Shown: positions 12,001 through 24,970, counted from the stretch's first letter. The stretch is DNA of 64,000 nt from Centroscyllium fabricii (GCA_051313645.2 JBNRSN020000028.1:15004001-15068000); one strand, 5' to 3'. The notes: generated by a model from the letters alone, not told the origin. Program-made: numbers and translations.

Positions 12001-15000
12001 TGTCAGTGTGTCTTGTATTAGAAGGAGTCCGTGTTGAGGAGGGGATTGAGTTTGTTGCCAGTGTGTCTTGTATCAGCAGGAGTCCGTGGTGAGGAGGGGA
12101 TTGACTGTGTTGTCAGTGTGTCTTGTATTAGCAGGAGTCCGTGGTGAGATGAGGATTGAGTGTGTTGCCAGTGGGTCTTGTATTAGCAGGGTACGTGGTG
12201 AGGAGGGGATTGAGTGTGTTGTCAGTGTGTCTTGTATCAGCAGGAGTCCGTGGTGAGGAGGGGATTGAGCGTGTTGTCAGTGTGTCTTGTATTAGCAGGA
12301 GTCCGTGGTGATAAGGCGATTGAGCGTGTTGTCAGTGTGTCTTGTATTAGCAGGAGTCCGTGGTTAGGAGGGGATTGAGTCTGTTGTCAGTGTGTCTTGT
12401 ATTAGCAGGGGTCCGTGGTGAGGAGGGGATTGAGTGTGTTGTCAGTGTGTCTTGTATCAGCAGGGTCCGTGGTGAGGAGGGGATTGACTGTGTTGTCAGT
12501 GTGTCTTGTATTAGCAGGAGTCCGTGGTGAGGAGGAGATTGAGTGTGTTGTCAGTGTGTCTTGTATTAGAGGAGTCCGTGGTGAGATGAGGATTGAGTGT
12601 GTTGTCACTGTGTCTTGTATTAGCAGGAGTCCGAGTTAAGGAGGGGATTGAGTGTGTTGCCAGTGGGTCTTGTATTAGCAGGCTCCGTGGTGAGGAGGGG
12701 ATTGAGTGTGTTGTCAGTGTGTCTTGTATCAGCAGGTGTCCGTGGTGAGGAAGGGATTGAGTGTGTTGTCAGTGTGTCTTGTAGTAGCAGGAGTCCGTGG
12801 TGAGGAGGGGATTGAGCGTGTTGTCAGTGTGTCTTGTATTAGAAGGAGTCCGTGTTGAGGAGGGGATTGAGTTTGTTGCCAGTGTGCCTTGTATCAGCAG
12901 GAGTCCGTGGTGAGGAGGGGATTGACTGTGTTGTCAGTGTGTCTTGTATTAGCAGGAGTCCGTGGTGAGATGAGGATTGAGTGTGTTGCCAGTGTGTCTT
13001 GTATCAGCAGGAGTCCGTGGTGAGGAGGGGATTGAGCGTGTTGTCAGTGTGTCTTGTATTAGCAGGAGTCCGTGGTGAGGAGGGGATTGAGCGTGTTGTC
13101 AGTGTGTCTTGTATTAGCAGGAGTCCGTGGTAAGGAGGGGATTGAGTGTGCTGTCAGTGTGTCTTGTATTAGCAGGAGTCCGTGGTGAGGATGGGATTGA
13201 GGGTGTTGTCAGTGTGTCTTGTATTAGCAGGAGTCCGTGGTGAGGAGGGGATTGAGTGTGTTGTCAGTGTGTTTTGTATTAGCAGGAGTCCGTGGTGGGG
13301 AGGGGATTGAGTGTGTTGTCAGTGTGTCTTGTATCAGCAGGAGTCCGTGGTGAGGAGGGGATTGAGTGTGTTGTCAGTGTGTCTTGTATTAGCAGGAGTC
13401 CGTGGTGAGGAGGGGATTGAGTGTGTTGTCAGTGTGTCTTGTATCAGCAGGAGTCCGTGGTGAGGAGGGGATTGAGTGTGTTGTCAGTGTGTCTTGTATC
13501 AGCAGGAGTCCGTGGTGAGGAGGGGATTGAGTGTGTTGTCAGTGTGTCTTGTATTAGCAGGAGTCCGTGGTGAGATGAGGATTGAGTGTGTTGCCAGTGG
13601 GTCTTGTATTAGCAGGGTACGTGGTGAGGAGGGGATTGAGTGTGTTGTCAGTGGGTCTTGTATCAGCAGGAGTCCGTGGTTAGGAGGGGATTGAGTGTGT
13701 TGTCAGTGTGTCTTGTATTAGCAGGGGTCCGTGGTGAGGAGGGGATTGAGTGTGTTGCCAGTGGGTCTTGTATTAGCAGGGGTCCGTGGTGAGGAGGGGA
13801 TTGAGCGTGTTGTCAGTGTGTCTTGTATTAGCAGGAGTCCGTGGTGAGGAGGGGATTGAGTGTGTTGTCAGTGTGTCTTGTATTAGCAGGGGTCCGTGGT
13901 GAGGAGAGGATTGAGTGTGTTGTCAGAGTGTCTTGTATTAGCAGGAGTCCGTGGTGAGCAGGGGATTGAGTGTGTTGTCAGTGTGTCTTGTATTAGCAGG
14001 AGTCCGTGGTGAGCAGGGGATTGAGTGTGTTGTCAGTGTGTCTTGTATCTGCAGGGTCCGTGGTGAGGAGGGGATTGAGTGTGTTGTCAGTGTGTCTTGT
14101 ATTAGCAGGGTCCGTGGTGAGGAGGCGATTGAGTGTGTTGTCAGTGTGTCTTGTATTAGTAGGGGTCCGTGGTGAGATGAGGATTGAGTGTGTTGCCAGT
14201 GGGTCTTGTATTAGCAGGGTACGTGGTGAGGAGGGGATTGAGTGTGTTGTCAGTGTGTCTTGTATTAGCAGGAGTCCGTGGTGAGGAGGCGATTGAGCGT
14301 GTTGTCAGTGTGTCTTATATTAGCAGGAGTCCGTGGTTAGGAGGGGATTGAGTGTGTCGTCAGTGTGTCTTGTATTAACAGGGGTCCGTGGTGAGGAGGG
14401 GATTGAGTGTGCTGTCAGTGTGTCTTGTATCAGCAGGGTCCGTGGTGAGGAGGGGATTGACAGTGTTGTCAGTGTGTCTTGTATTAGCAGGAGTCCGTGG
14501 TGAGGAGGAGATTGAGTGTGTTGTCAGTGTGTCTTGTATTAGAGGAGTCCGGGGTGAGATGGGGATTGAGTGTGTTGTCACTGTGTCTTGTATTAGCAGG
14601 AGTCCGTGTTAAGGAGGGGATTGAGTGTGTTGCCAGTGGGTCTTGTATTAGCAGGCTCCGTGGTGAGGAGGGGATTGAGTGTGTTGTCAGTGTGTCTTGT
14701 ATCAGCAGGTGTCCGTGGTGAGGAAGGGATTGAGTGTGTTGTCAGTGTGTCTTGTAGTAGCAGGAGTCCGTGGTGAGGAGGGGATTGAGCGTGTTGTCAG
14801 TGTGTCTTGTATTAGAAGGAGTCCGTGTTGAGGAGGGGATTGAGTTTGTTGCCAGTGTGTCTTGTATCAGCAGGAGTCCGTGGTGAGGAGGGGATTGACT
14901 GTGTTGTCAGTGTGTCTTGTATTAGCAGGAGTCCGTGGTGAGATGAGGGTTGAGTGTGTTGCCAGTGGGTCTTGTATTAGCAGGGTACGTGGTGAGGAGG

Positions 15001-18000
15001 GGATTGAGTGTGTTGTCAGTGTGTCTTGTATCAGCAGGAGTCCGTGGTGAGGAGGGGATTGAGCGTGTTGTCAGTGTGTCTTGTATTAGCAGGAGTCCGT
15101 GGTGATAAGGCGATTGAGCGTGTTGTCAGTGTGTCTTGTATTAGCAGGAGTCCGTGGTTAGGAGGGGATTGAGTGTGTTGTCAGTGTGACTTGTATTAGC
15201 AGGGGTCCGTGGTGAGGACGGGATTGAGTGTGTTGTCAGTGTGTCTTGTATCAGCAGGGTCCGTGGTGAGGAGGGGATTGACTGTGTTGTCAGTGTGTCT
15301 TGTATTAGCAGGAGTCCGTGGTGAGGAGGAGATTGAGTGTGTTGTCGGGGTGTCTTGTATTAGAGGAGTCCGTGGTGAGATGGGGATTGAGTGTGTTGTC
15401 ACTGTGTCTTGTATTAGCAGGAGTCCGTGTTAAGGAGGGGATTGAGTGTGTTGCCAGTGGGTCTTGTATTAGCAGGCTCCGTGGTGAGGAGGGGATTGAG
15501 TGTGTTCTCAGTGTGTCTTGTATCCGCAGGTGTCCGTGGTGAGGAAGGGATTGAGTGTGTTGTCAGTGTGTCTTGTAGTAGCAGGAGTCCGTGGTGAGGA
15601 GGGGATTGAGCGTGTTGTCAGTGTGTCTTCCATTAGCAGGAGTCCGTGGTGAGGAGGAGATTGAGTGTGTTGTCGGGGTGTCTTGTATTAGAGGAGTCCG
15701 TGGTGAGATGAGGATTGAGTGTGTTGCCAGTGGGTCTTGTATCAGCAGGGTACGTGGTGAGGAGGGGATTGAGCGTGTTGTCAGTGTGTCTTGTATTAGC
15801 AGGAGTCCGTGGTGAGGAGGGGATTGAGCGTGTTGTCAGTGTGTCTTGTATTAGCAGGAGTCCGTGGTAAGGAGGGGATTGAGCGTGTTGTCAGTGTGTC
15901 TTGTATTAGCAGGAGTCCGTGGTAAGGAGGGGATTGAGTGTGCTGTCAGTGTGTCTTGTATTAGCAGGGGTCCGTGGTGAGGATGGGATTGAGGGTGTTG
16001 TCAGTGTGTCTTGTATTAGCAGGAGTCCGTGGTGAGGAGGGGATTGAGTGTGTTGTCAGTGTGTCTTGTATTAGCAGGAGTCCGTGGTGAGGAGGGGATT
16101 GAGCGTGTTGTCAGTGTGTCTTGTATTAGCAGGAGTCCGTGGTAAGGAGGCGATTGAGTGTGCTGTCAGTGTGTCTTGTATTAGCAGGGGTCCGTGGTGA
16201 GGATGGGATTGAGGGTGTTGTCAGTGTGTCTTGTATTAGCAGGAGTCCGTGGTGAGGAGGGGATTGAGTGTGTTGTCAGTGTGTCTTGTATTAGCAGGAG
16301 TCCGTGGTGAGATGAGGATTGAGTGTGTTGCCAGTGGGTCTTGTATTAGCAGGGTACGTGGTGAGGAGGGGATTGAGTGTGTTGTCAGTGTGTCTTGTAT
16401 CAGCAGGGTCCGTGGTGAGGAGGGGATTGAGTGTGTTGTCAGTGTGTCTTGTATTAGCAGGGTACGTGGTGAGGAGGCGATTGAGTGTGTTGTCAGTGTG
16501 TTTTGTATTAGTAGGGGTCCGTGGTGAGATGAGGATTGAGTGTGTTGCCAGTGGGTCTTGTATTAGCAGGGTACGTGGTGAGGAGGGGATTGAGTGTGTT
16601 GTCAGTGTGTCTTGTATTAGCAGGAGTCCGTGGTGAGGAGGCGATTGAGCGTGTTGTCAGTGTGTCTTGTATTAGCAGGAGTCCGTGGTTAGGAGGGGAT
16701 TGAGTGTGTTGTCAGTGTGTCTTGTATTAGCAGGGGTCCGTGGTGAGGAGGGGATTGAGTGTGTTGTCAGTGTGTCTTGTATCAGCAGGGTCCGTGGTGA
16801 GGAGGGGATTGACTGTGTTGTCAGTGTGTCTTGTATTAGCAGGAGTCCGTGGTGAGGAGGAGATTGAGTGCGTTGTCAGTGTGTCTTGTATTAGAGGAGT
16901 CCGTGGTGAGATGGGGATTGAGTGTGTTGTCACTGTGTCTTGTATTAGCAGGAGTCCGTGTTAAGGAGGGGATTGAGTGTGTTGCCAGTGGGTCTTGTAT
17001 TAGCAGGCTCCGTGGTGAGGAGGGGATTGAGTGTGTTGTCAGTGTGTCTTGTATCAGCAGGTGTCCGTGGTGAGGACGGGATTGAGTGTGTTGTCAGTGT
17101 GTCTTGTAGTAGCAGGAGTCCGTGGTGAGGAGGGGATTGAGCGTGTTGTCAGTGTGTCTTGTATTAGAAGGAGTCCGTGTTGAGGAGGGGATTGAGTTTG
17201 TTGCCAGTGTGTCTTGTATCAGCAGGAGTCCGTGGTGAGGAGGGGATTGACTGTGTTGTCAGTGTGTCTTGTATTAGCAGGAGTCCGTGGTGAGATGAGG
17301 ATTGAGTGTGTTGCCAGTGGGTCTTGTATTAGCAGGGTACGTGGTGAGGAGGGGATTGAGTGTGTTGTCAGTGTGTCTTGTATCAGCAGGAGTCCGTGGT
17401 GAGGAGGGGATTGAGCGTGTTGTCAGTGTGTCTTGTATTAGCAGGAGTCCGTGGTGATAAGGCGATTGAGCGTGTTGTCAGTGTGTCTTGTATTAGCAGG
17501 AGTCCGTGGTTAGGAGGGGATTGAGTCTGTTGTCAGTGTGTCTTGTATTAGCAGGGGTCCGTGGTGAGGAGGGGATTGAGTGTGTTGTCAGTGTGTCTTG
17601 TATCAGCAGGGTCCGTGGTGAGGAGGGGATTGACTGTGTTGTCAGTGTGTCTTGTATTAGCAGGAGTCCGTGGTGAGGAGGAGATTGAGTGTGTTGTCAG
17701 TGTGTCTTGTATTAGAGGAGTCCGTGGTGAGATGAGGATTGAGTGTGTTGTCACTGTGTCTTGTATTAGCAGGAGTCCGAGTTAAGGAGGGGATTGAGTG
17801 TGTTGCCAGTGGGTCTTGTATTAGCAGGCTCCGTGGTGAGGAGGGGATTGAGTGTGTTGTCAGTGTGTCTTGTATCAGCAGGTGTCCGTGGTGAGGAAGG
17901 GATTGAGTGTGTTGTCAGTGTGTCTTGTAGTAGCAGGAGTCCGTGGTGAGGAGGGGATTGAGCGTGTTGTCAGTGTGTCTTGTATTAGAAGGAGTCCGTG

Positions 18001-21000
18001 TTGAGGAGGGGATTGAGTTTGTTGCCAGTGTGCCTTGTATCAGCAGGAGTCCGTGGTGAGGAGGGGATTGACTGTGTTGTCAGTGTGTCTTGTATTAGCA
18101 GGAGTCCGTGGTGAGATGAGGATTGAGTGTGTTGCCAGTGTGTCTTGTATCAGCAGGAGTCCGTGGTGAGGAGGGGATTGAGCGTGTTGTCAGTGTGTCT
18201 TGTATTAGCAGGAGTCCGTGGTGAGGAGGGGATTGAGCGTGTTGTCAGTGTGTCTTGTATTAGCAGGAGTCCGTGGTAAGGAGGGGATTGAGTGTGCTGT
18301 CAGTGTGTCTTGTATTAGCAGGAGTCCGTGGTGAGGATGGGATTGAGGGTGTTGTCAGTGTGTCTTGTATTAGCAGGAGTCCGTGGTGAGGAGGGGATTG
18401 AGTGTGTTGTCAGTGTGTTTTGTATTAGCAGGAGTCCGTGGTGGGGAGGGGATTGAGTGTGTTGTCAGTGTGTCTTGTATCAGCAGGAGTCCGTGGTGAG
18501 GAGGGGATTGAGTGTGTTGTCAGTGTGTCTTGTATTAGCAGGAGTCCGTGGTGAGGAGGGGATTGAGTGTGTTGTCAGTGTGTCTTGTATCAGCAGGAGT
18601 CCGTGGTGAGGAGGGGATTGAGTGTGTTGTCAGTGTGTCTTGTATCAGCAGGAGTCCGTGGTGAGGAGGGGATTGAGTGTGTTGTCAGTGTGTCTTGTAT
18701 TAGCAGGAGTCCGTGGTGAGATGAGGATTGAGTGTGTTGCCAGTGGGTCTTGTATTAGCAGGGTACGTGGTGAGGAGGGGATTGAGTGTGTTGTCAGTGT
18801 GTCTTGTATCAGCAGGAGTCCGTGGTTAGGAGGGGATTGAGTGTGTTGTCAGTGTGTCTTGTATTAGCAGGGGTCCGTGGTGAGGAGGGGATTGAGTGTG
18901 TTGCCAGTGGGTCTTGTATTAGCAGGGGTCCGTGGTGAGGAGGGGATTGAGCGTGTTGTCAGTGTGTCTTGTATTAGCAGGAGTCCGTGGTGAGGAGGGG
19001 ATTGAGTGTGTTGTCAGTGTGTCTTGTATTAGCAGGGGTCCGTGGTGAGGAGAGGATTGAGTGTGTTGTCAGAGTGTCTTGTATTAGCAGGAGTCCGTGG
19101 TGAGCAGGGGATTGAGTGTGTTGTCAGTGTGTCTTGTATTAGCAGGAGTCCGTGGTGAGCAGGGGATTGAGTGTGTTGTCAGTGTGTCTTGTATCTGCAG
19201 GGTCCGTGGTGAGGAGGGGATTGAGTGTGTTGTCAGTGTGTCTTGTATTAGCAGGGTCCGTGGTGAGGAGGCGATTGAGTGTGTTGTCAGTGTGTCTTGT
19301 ATTAGTAGGGGTCCGTGGTGAGATGAGGATTGAGTGTGTTGCCAGTGGGTCTTGTATTAGCAGGGTACGTGGTGAGGAGGGGATTGAGTGTGTTGTCAGT
19401 GTGTCTTGTATTAGCAGGAGTCCGTGGTGAGGAGGCGATTGAGCGTGTTGTCAGTGTGTCTTATATTAGCAGGAGTCCGTGGTTAGGAGGGGATTGAGTG
19501 TGTCGTCAGTGTGTCTTGTATTAACAGGGGTCCGTGGTGAGGAGGGGATTGAGTGTGCTGTCAGTGTGTCTTGTATCAGCAGGGTCCGTGGTGAGGAGGG
19601 GATTGACAGTGTTGTCAGTGTGTCTTGTATTAGCAGGAGTCCGTGGTGAGGAGGAGATTGAGTGTGTTGTCAGTGTGTCTTGTATTAGAGGAGTCCGGGG
19701 TGAGATGGGGATTGAGTGTGTTGTCACTGTGTCTTGTATTAGCAGGAGTCCGTGTTAAGGAGGGGATTGAGTGTGTTGCCAGTGGGTCTTGTATTAGCAG
19801 GCTCCGTGGTGAGGAGGGGATTGAGTGTGTTGTCAGTGTGTCTTGTATCAGCAGGTGTCCGTGGTGAGGAAGGGATTGAGTGTGTTGTCAGTGTGTCTTG
19901 TAGTAGCAGGAGTCCGTGGTGAGGAGGGGATTGAGCGTGTTGTCAGTGTGTCTTGTATTAGAAGGAGTCCGTGTTGAGGAGGGGATTGAGTTTGTTGCCA
20001 GTGTGTCTTGTATCAGCAGGAGTCCGTGGTGAGGAGGGGATTGACTGTGTTGTCAGTGTGTCTTGTATTAGCAGGAGTCCGTGGTGAGATGAGGGTTGAG
20101 TGTGTTGCCAGTGGGTCTTGTATTAGCAGGGTACGTGGTGAGGAGGGGATTGAGTGTGTTGTCAGTGTGTCTTGTATCAGCAGGAGTCCGTGGTGAGGAG
20201 GGGATTGAGCGTGTTGTCAGTGTGTCTTGTATTAGCAGGAGTCCGTGGTGATAAGGCGATTGAGCGTGTTGTCAGTGTGTCTTGTATTAGCAGGAGTCCG
20301 TGGTTAGGAGGGGATTGAGTGTGTTGTCAGTGTGACTTGTATTAGCAGGGGTCCGTGGTGAGGACGGGATTGAGTGTGTTGTCAGTGTGTCTTGTATCAG
20401 CAGGGTCCGTGGTGAGGAGGGGATTGACTGTGTTGTCAGTGTGTCTTGTATTAGCAGGAGTCCGTGGTGAGGAGGAGATTGAGTGTGTTGTCGGGGTGTC
20501 TTGTATTAGAGGAGTCCGTGGTGAGATGGGGATTGAGTGTGTTGTCACTGTGTCTTGTATTAGCAGGAGTCCGTGTTAAGGAGGGGATTGAGTGTGTTGC
20601 CAGTGGGTCTTGTATTAGCAGGCTCCGTGGTGAGGAGGGGATTGAGTGTGTTCTCAGTGTGTCTTGTATCCGCAGGTGTCCGTGGTGAGGAAGGGATTGA
20701 GTGTGTTGTCAGTGTGTCTTGTAGTAGCAGGAGTCCGTGGTGAGGAGGGGATTGAGCGTGTTGTCAGTGTGTCTTCCATTAGCAGGAGTCCGTGGTGAGG
20801 AGGAGATTGAGTGTGTTGTCGGGGTGTCTTGTATTAGAGGAGTCCGTGGTGAGATGAGGATTGAGTGTGTTGCCAGTGGGTCTTGTATCAGCAGGGTACG
20901 TGGTGAGGAGGGGATTGAGCGTGTTGTCAGTGTGTCTTGTATTAGCAGGAGTCCGTGGTGAGGAGGGGATTGAGCGTGTTGTCAGTGTGTCTTGTATTAG

Positions 21001-23443
21001 CAGGAGTCCGTGGTAAGGAGGGGATTGAGCGTGTTGTCAGTGTGTCTTGTATTAGCAGGAGTCCGTGGTAAGGAGGGGATTGAGTGTGCTGTCAGTGTGT
21101 CTTGTATTAGCAGGGGTCCGTGGTGAGGATGGGATTGAGGGTGTTGTCAGTGTGTCTTGTATTAGCAGGAGTCCGTGGTGAGGAGGGGATTGAGTGTGTT
21201 GTCAGTGTGTCTTGTATTAGCAGGAGTCCGTGGTGAGGAGGGGATTGAGCGTGTTGTCAGTGTGTCTTGTATTAGCAGGAGTCCGTGGTAAGGAGGCGAT
21301 TGAGTGTGCTGTCAGTGTGTCTTGTATTAGCAGGGGTCCGTGGTGAGGATGGGATTGAGGGTGTTGTCAGTGTGTCTTGTATTAGCAGGAGTCCGTGGTG
21401 AGGAGGGGATTGAGTGTGTTGTCAGTGTGTCTTGTATTAGCAGGAGTCCGTGGTGGGGAGGGGATTGAGTGTGTTGTCAATGTGTCTTGTATCAGCAGGA
21501 GTCCGTGGTGAGGAGGGGATTGAGTGTGTTGTCAGTGTGTCTTGTATTAGCAGGAGTCCGTGGTGAGATGAGGATTGAGTGTGTTGCCAGTGGGTCTTGT
21601 ATTAGCAGGGTACGTGGTGAGGAGGGGATTGAGTGTGTTGTCAGTGTGTCTTGTATCAGCAGGAGTCCGTGGTGAGGAGGGGATTGAGCGTGTTGTCAGT
21701 GTGTCTTGTATTAGCAGGAGTCCGTGGTGAGGAGGCGATTGAGCGTGTTGTCAGTGTGTCTTGTATTAGCAGGAGTCCGTGGTGAGGAGGGGATTGAGTG
21801 TGTTGTCAGTGTGTCTTGTATCAGCAGGAGTCCGTGGTGAGGAGGGGATTGAGTGTGTTGTCAGTGTGTCTTGTATCAGCAGGAGTCCGTGGCGAGGAGG
21901 GGATTGAGTGTGTTGTCAGTGTGTCTTGTATTAGCAGGAGTCCGTGGTGAGATGAGGATTGAGTGTGTTGCCAGTGGGTCTTGTATTAGCAGGGTACGTG
22001 GTGAGGAGGGGATTGAGTGTGTTGTCAGTGTGTCTTGTATCAGCAGGAGTCCGTGGTGAGGAGGGGATTGAGCGTGTTGTCAGTGTGTCTTGTATTAGCA
22101 GGAGTCCGTGGTGAGGAGGCGATTGAGCGTGTTGTCAGTGTGTCTTGTATTAGCAGGAGTCCGTGGCGAGGAGGGGATAAAGTGTGTTGTCAGTGTGTCT
22201 TGTATTAGCAGGAGTCCGTGGTTAGGAGGGGATTGAGTGTGTTGTCAGTGTGTCTTGTATTAGCAGGGGTCCGTGGTGAGGAGGGGATTGAGTGTGTTGC
22301 CAGTGGGTCTTGTATTAGCAGGGGTCCGTGGTGAGGAGGGGATTGAGCGTGTTGTCAGTGTGTCTTGTATTAGCAGGAGTCCGTGGTGAGCAGGGGATTG
22401 AGTGTGTTGTCAGTGTGTCTTGTATCAGCAGGGTCCGTGGTGAGGAGGGGATTGAGTGTGTTGTCAGTGTGTCTTGTATTAGCAGGGTCCGTGGTGAGGA
22501 GGCGATTGAGTGTGTTGTCAGTGTGTCTTGTATTAGTAGGGGTCCGTGGTGAGGAGGTGATTGAGTGTGTTGTCAGTGTGTCTTGTATTAGCAGGGTCCG
22601 TGGTGAGATGGGGATTGAGTGTGTTGTCAGTGTGTCTTCTATTAGCAGGAGTCCATGGTGAGGAGGGGATTGAGTGTGTTGCCAGTGGGTCTTGTATTAG
22701 CAGGGTCCGTGGTGAGGAGGTGATTGAGTGTGTTGCCAGTGGGTCTTGTATCAGCAGGGGTCCGTGGTGAGGAGCGGATTGAGTGTGTTGTAAGTGTGTC
22801 TTGTATTAGCAGGAGTCCGTGGTGAGGAGGGGATTGAGTGTGTTGTCAGTGTGTCTTGTATTAGCAGGGGTCCGTGGTGAGGAGGGAATTGAGGGTGTTG
22901 TCAGTGTGTCTTGTATTAGCAGGAGTCCGTGGCGAGGAGGGGATTAAGTGTGTTGTCAGTGTGTCTTGTATTAGCAGGAGTCCGTGGTTAGGAGGGGATT
23001 GAGTGTGTTGTCAGTGTGTCTTGTATTAGCAGGGGTCCGTGGTGAGTAGGGGATTGAGTGGGTTGTCAGTGTGTCTTGTATCAGCAGGGTCCGTGATGAG
23101 GAGGGGATTGAGTGTGTTGTCAGTGTGTCTTCTATTAGCAGGAGTCCGTGGTGAGGAGGAGATTGAGTGTGTTGTCAGTGTGTCTTGTATTAGCAGGGGT
23201 CCGGGTTGAGGAGGGGATTGAGTTTGTTGTCAGTGTGTCTTGTATTAGCAGGAGTCCGTTTTGAGGAGGGGATTGAGTGTGTTGTCAGTGCGTCTTGTAT
23301 TAGAGGAGTCCGTGGTGAGATGGGGATTGAGTGTGTTGTCACTGTGTCTTGTATTAGCAGGAGTCTGTGTTAAGGAGGGGATTGAGTGTGTTGCCAGTGG
23401 GTCTTGTATTAGCAGGGTCCGTGGTGAGGAGGCGATTGAGTGT
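1..23443 (+). repeat. 54/55-bp tandem satellite array, segment 1 (open at window start)
   Basis: Continuous head-to-tail copies of GGAGTCCGTGGTGAGGAGGGGATTGAGTGTGTTGTCAGTGTGTCTTGTATTAGCA. 54-bp variants (CAGGGTCC, CAGGGTAC, TAGAGGAG) and recurrent single-base variants are present; one orientation throughout. Confidence 0.99.
11221..21455 (+). repeat. Near-identical tandem duplication, period 5146 bp (11221-16309 vs 16367-21455)
   Basis: ORF track pairs are offset by 5146 (11581/16727, 13951/19097, 15591/20737). Private variants are shared (GAGTCTGTTG, CCGAGTTAAG, TGTCGTCAGT, TGTCGGGGTG); one difference seen (ORF 13476 vs 18622). Confidence 0.9.
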
Positions 23444-23996
23444 TGTCATGGGTGGACTGTCACTTTAAATGTCTAGGCTGCAGTTCATTATTGGATCATC
23501 ACCTATTGTAATGTAACACATCTGATTGGTCCATATTCTAGATATAAGCCACCTGTTAGCCCTAGGACTTTGTCGGAGTGTTATTTCTATGCTGCTGGTT
23601 TAAGAGTTCTGTTATTTCCTGTTACCTGTTATTTCTGGAGTTATATTTGTATTCGTTTCCAATTCGTTTTTGGATTCCTGGTTCCTGCCGTGTGAGATTA
23701 CCTGGTACACCGATCAAGGAGTGTCCTTTCCTGAACTGTGATTATTGGAAGTACTGCAGCACCAGACTTTTGGGCCTTGCTTTTTCAACCACCTAGGATT
23801 GGGGTTTGGACATTTGAACTCTGGCTTACCGGCTATCGGTATCTTGGACTACTGTTGCTTTATTGTGCATTGTGGATTATACTCTATGTGTTTTGATATC
23901 TTTATATGCACTGTTGTTATAATTAGGATTAAAGCACCCATTTACTATAGACTGTCTCCAGTGTTCTGCTATTGGGTTCGTAACCGAACCATTACA
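23444..23996 (+). repeat. 5' LTR (553 bp)
   Basis: TGTCATGG...CCATTACA imperfect terminal inverted repeat. Repeated at +5077 with no mismatch found by eye; ORF-track translations of both LTRs are identical. Confidence 0.97.
23525..23582 (+). promoter_or_regulatory. LTR promoter: ATTGG (reverse CCAAT), TATAA and predicted transcript start / self-primer
   Basis: ATTGG 23525-23529, TATAA 23543-23547, and GTCGGAGTGTT starting 29 nt after the TATA start (23572-23582). Confidence 0.7.
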
Positions 23997-23997
23997 G

Positions 23998-24008
23998 AAC
24001 ACTCCGAC
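23998..24008 (+). promoter_or_regulatory. Primer-binding site of self-priming (Tf1-type) form
   Basis: AACACTCCGAC lies 1 nt after the LTR end. It lacks the TGG start of tRNA PBSs and is the exact reverse complement of LTR 23572-23582. Confidence 0.85.
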
Positions 24009-24013
24009 CAATC

Positions 24014-24970
24014 ATGAACCCAGCAGACACACCGGGACGTCTGGCGCGCATGGAGGAGGTCCTGACACTTCAGGGTCAGGCTTTTGGGGATTTGTTCTCT
24101 AAAATAGAACGGCTAACCTCTGACATGAGGGCGTTCGCTGTAGCTAACCCAGCAGGGATTTCTTCCACACCGGAACCTGTTTCAACAGCTGAATCAGTTT
24201 CCCTGCCTCTACTTCAGAGCTTCACACCCGAGCCCCGGGTTGGAGTACCAGAGCGTTATGCTGGTGAACCAGAACAGTGCGACCCCTTCATTACGAACTG
24301 TTCTATTTTGTTTTCCCTACAACCGCGCACCTTTGCCAGCGAGAAGGCAAGAGTAGCATTTATGATCAACCATCTCTCGGGGAGAGCTAGACTCTGGGGT
24401 ACTGCCGAGTGGGAGAGAGATACTCCGGCATGCAGTTCTTTCAGAACATTTTCTGAGGAGTTGAGAAGAGTTTTTGGCAGGGTAGCCTTTGAGGTGGAGA
24501 CGGCTGAGGGCCTTATGAGTATGAACCAGGGAAATCAGACGGTGGTGGACTATGCCATTGATTTTCGGATCAAGGCTCGTCGGAGCAGTTGGAACATGGC
24601 TGCCAAGTGTGAGGTTTTCCTGCATGGATTGGCGGGATACGTCAAGGATGAATTAGTATCACATAATCTCCCTTCTACTTTGGATGAGATCATCAGTCTG
24701 GTTACTAGGATCGATCTAAGGATCCAGGCACGACAGCGTGAGAGAGGATTGGGAGAGACGGGTCATCATCCTGGTAAACGGGTTCAGGAGAGATTCGTGG
24801 CGCCCAGAGATTCGGCCACGTCAGGGATTCCCGAACCCATGCAGTTAGGCTGCACAGGCATTTCGCCATTAGAACACAGTCGGCGCCGCAGGAGGGGTTT
24901 ATGCCTATACTGTGGTCAGGCCGGCCATTTTGTCGTAGGATGCCCGGTAAAAGACCAGACTCACCAGTAG
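24014..24970 (+). CDS. gag: Gag (sushi/PEG10-like capsid with CCHC zinc knuckle), 318 aa
   Basis: Open ORF with [36 protein letters not shown] and [14 protein letters not shown] (CX2CX4HX4C). Confidence 0.95.
   Translation: MNPADTPGRLARMEEVLTLQGQAFGDLFSKIERLTSDMRAFAVANPAGISSTPEPVSTAESVSLPLLQSFTPEPRVGVPERYAGEPEQCDPFITNCSILFSLQPRTFASEKARVAFMINHLSGRARLWGTAEWERDTPACSSFRTFSEELRRVFGRVAFEVETAEGLMSMNQGNQTVVDYAIDFRIKARRSSWNMAAKCEVFLHGLAGYVKDELVSHNLPSTLDEIISLVTRIDLRIQARQRERGLGETGHHPGKRVQERFVAPRDSATSGIPEPMQLGCTGISPLEHSRRRRRGLCLYCGQAGHFVVGCPVKDQTHQ

Noticed and set aside
23441-23448. Apparent 2-bp satellite deletion at the Gypsy left junction (GAGTGTTGTCA)
   Set aside because: Coincidence: the LTR begins TGTCA like part of the monomer. 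The 3' LTR start and the AGTGT TSD fix the boundary at 23444.
23578-24017. ORFs inside the LTRs (72 aa, 90/116 aa), possible env or accessory gene
   Set aside because: Non-ATG starts, no recognisable motifs, T-rich LTR composition; repeated only because the LTR is.
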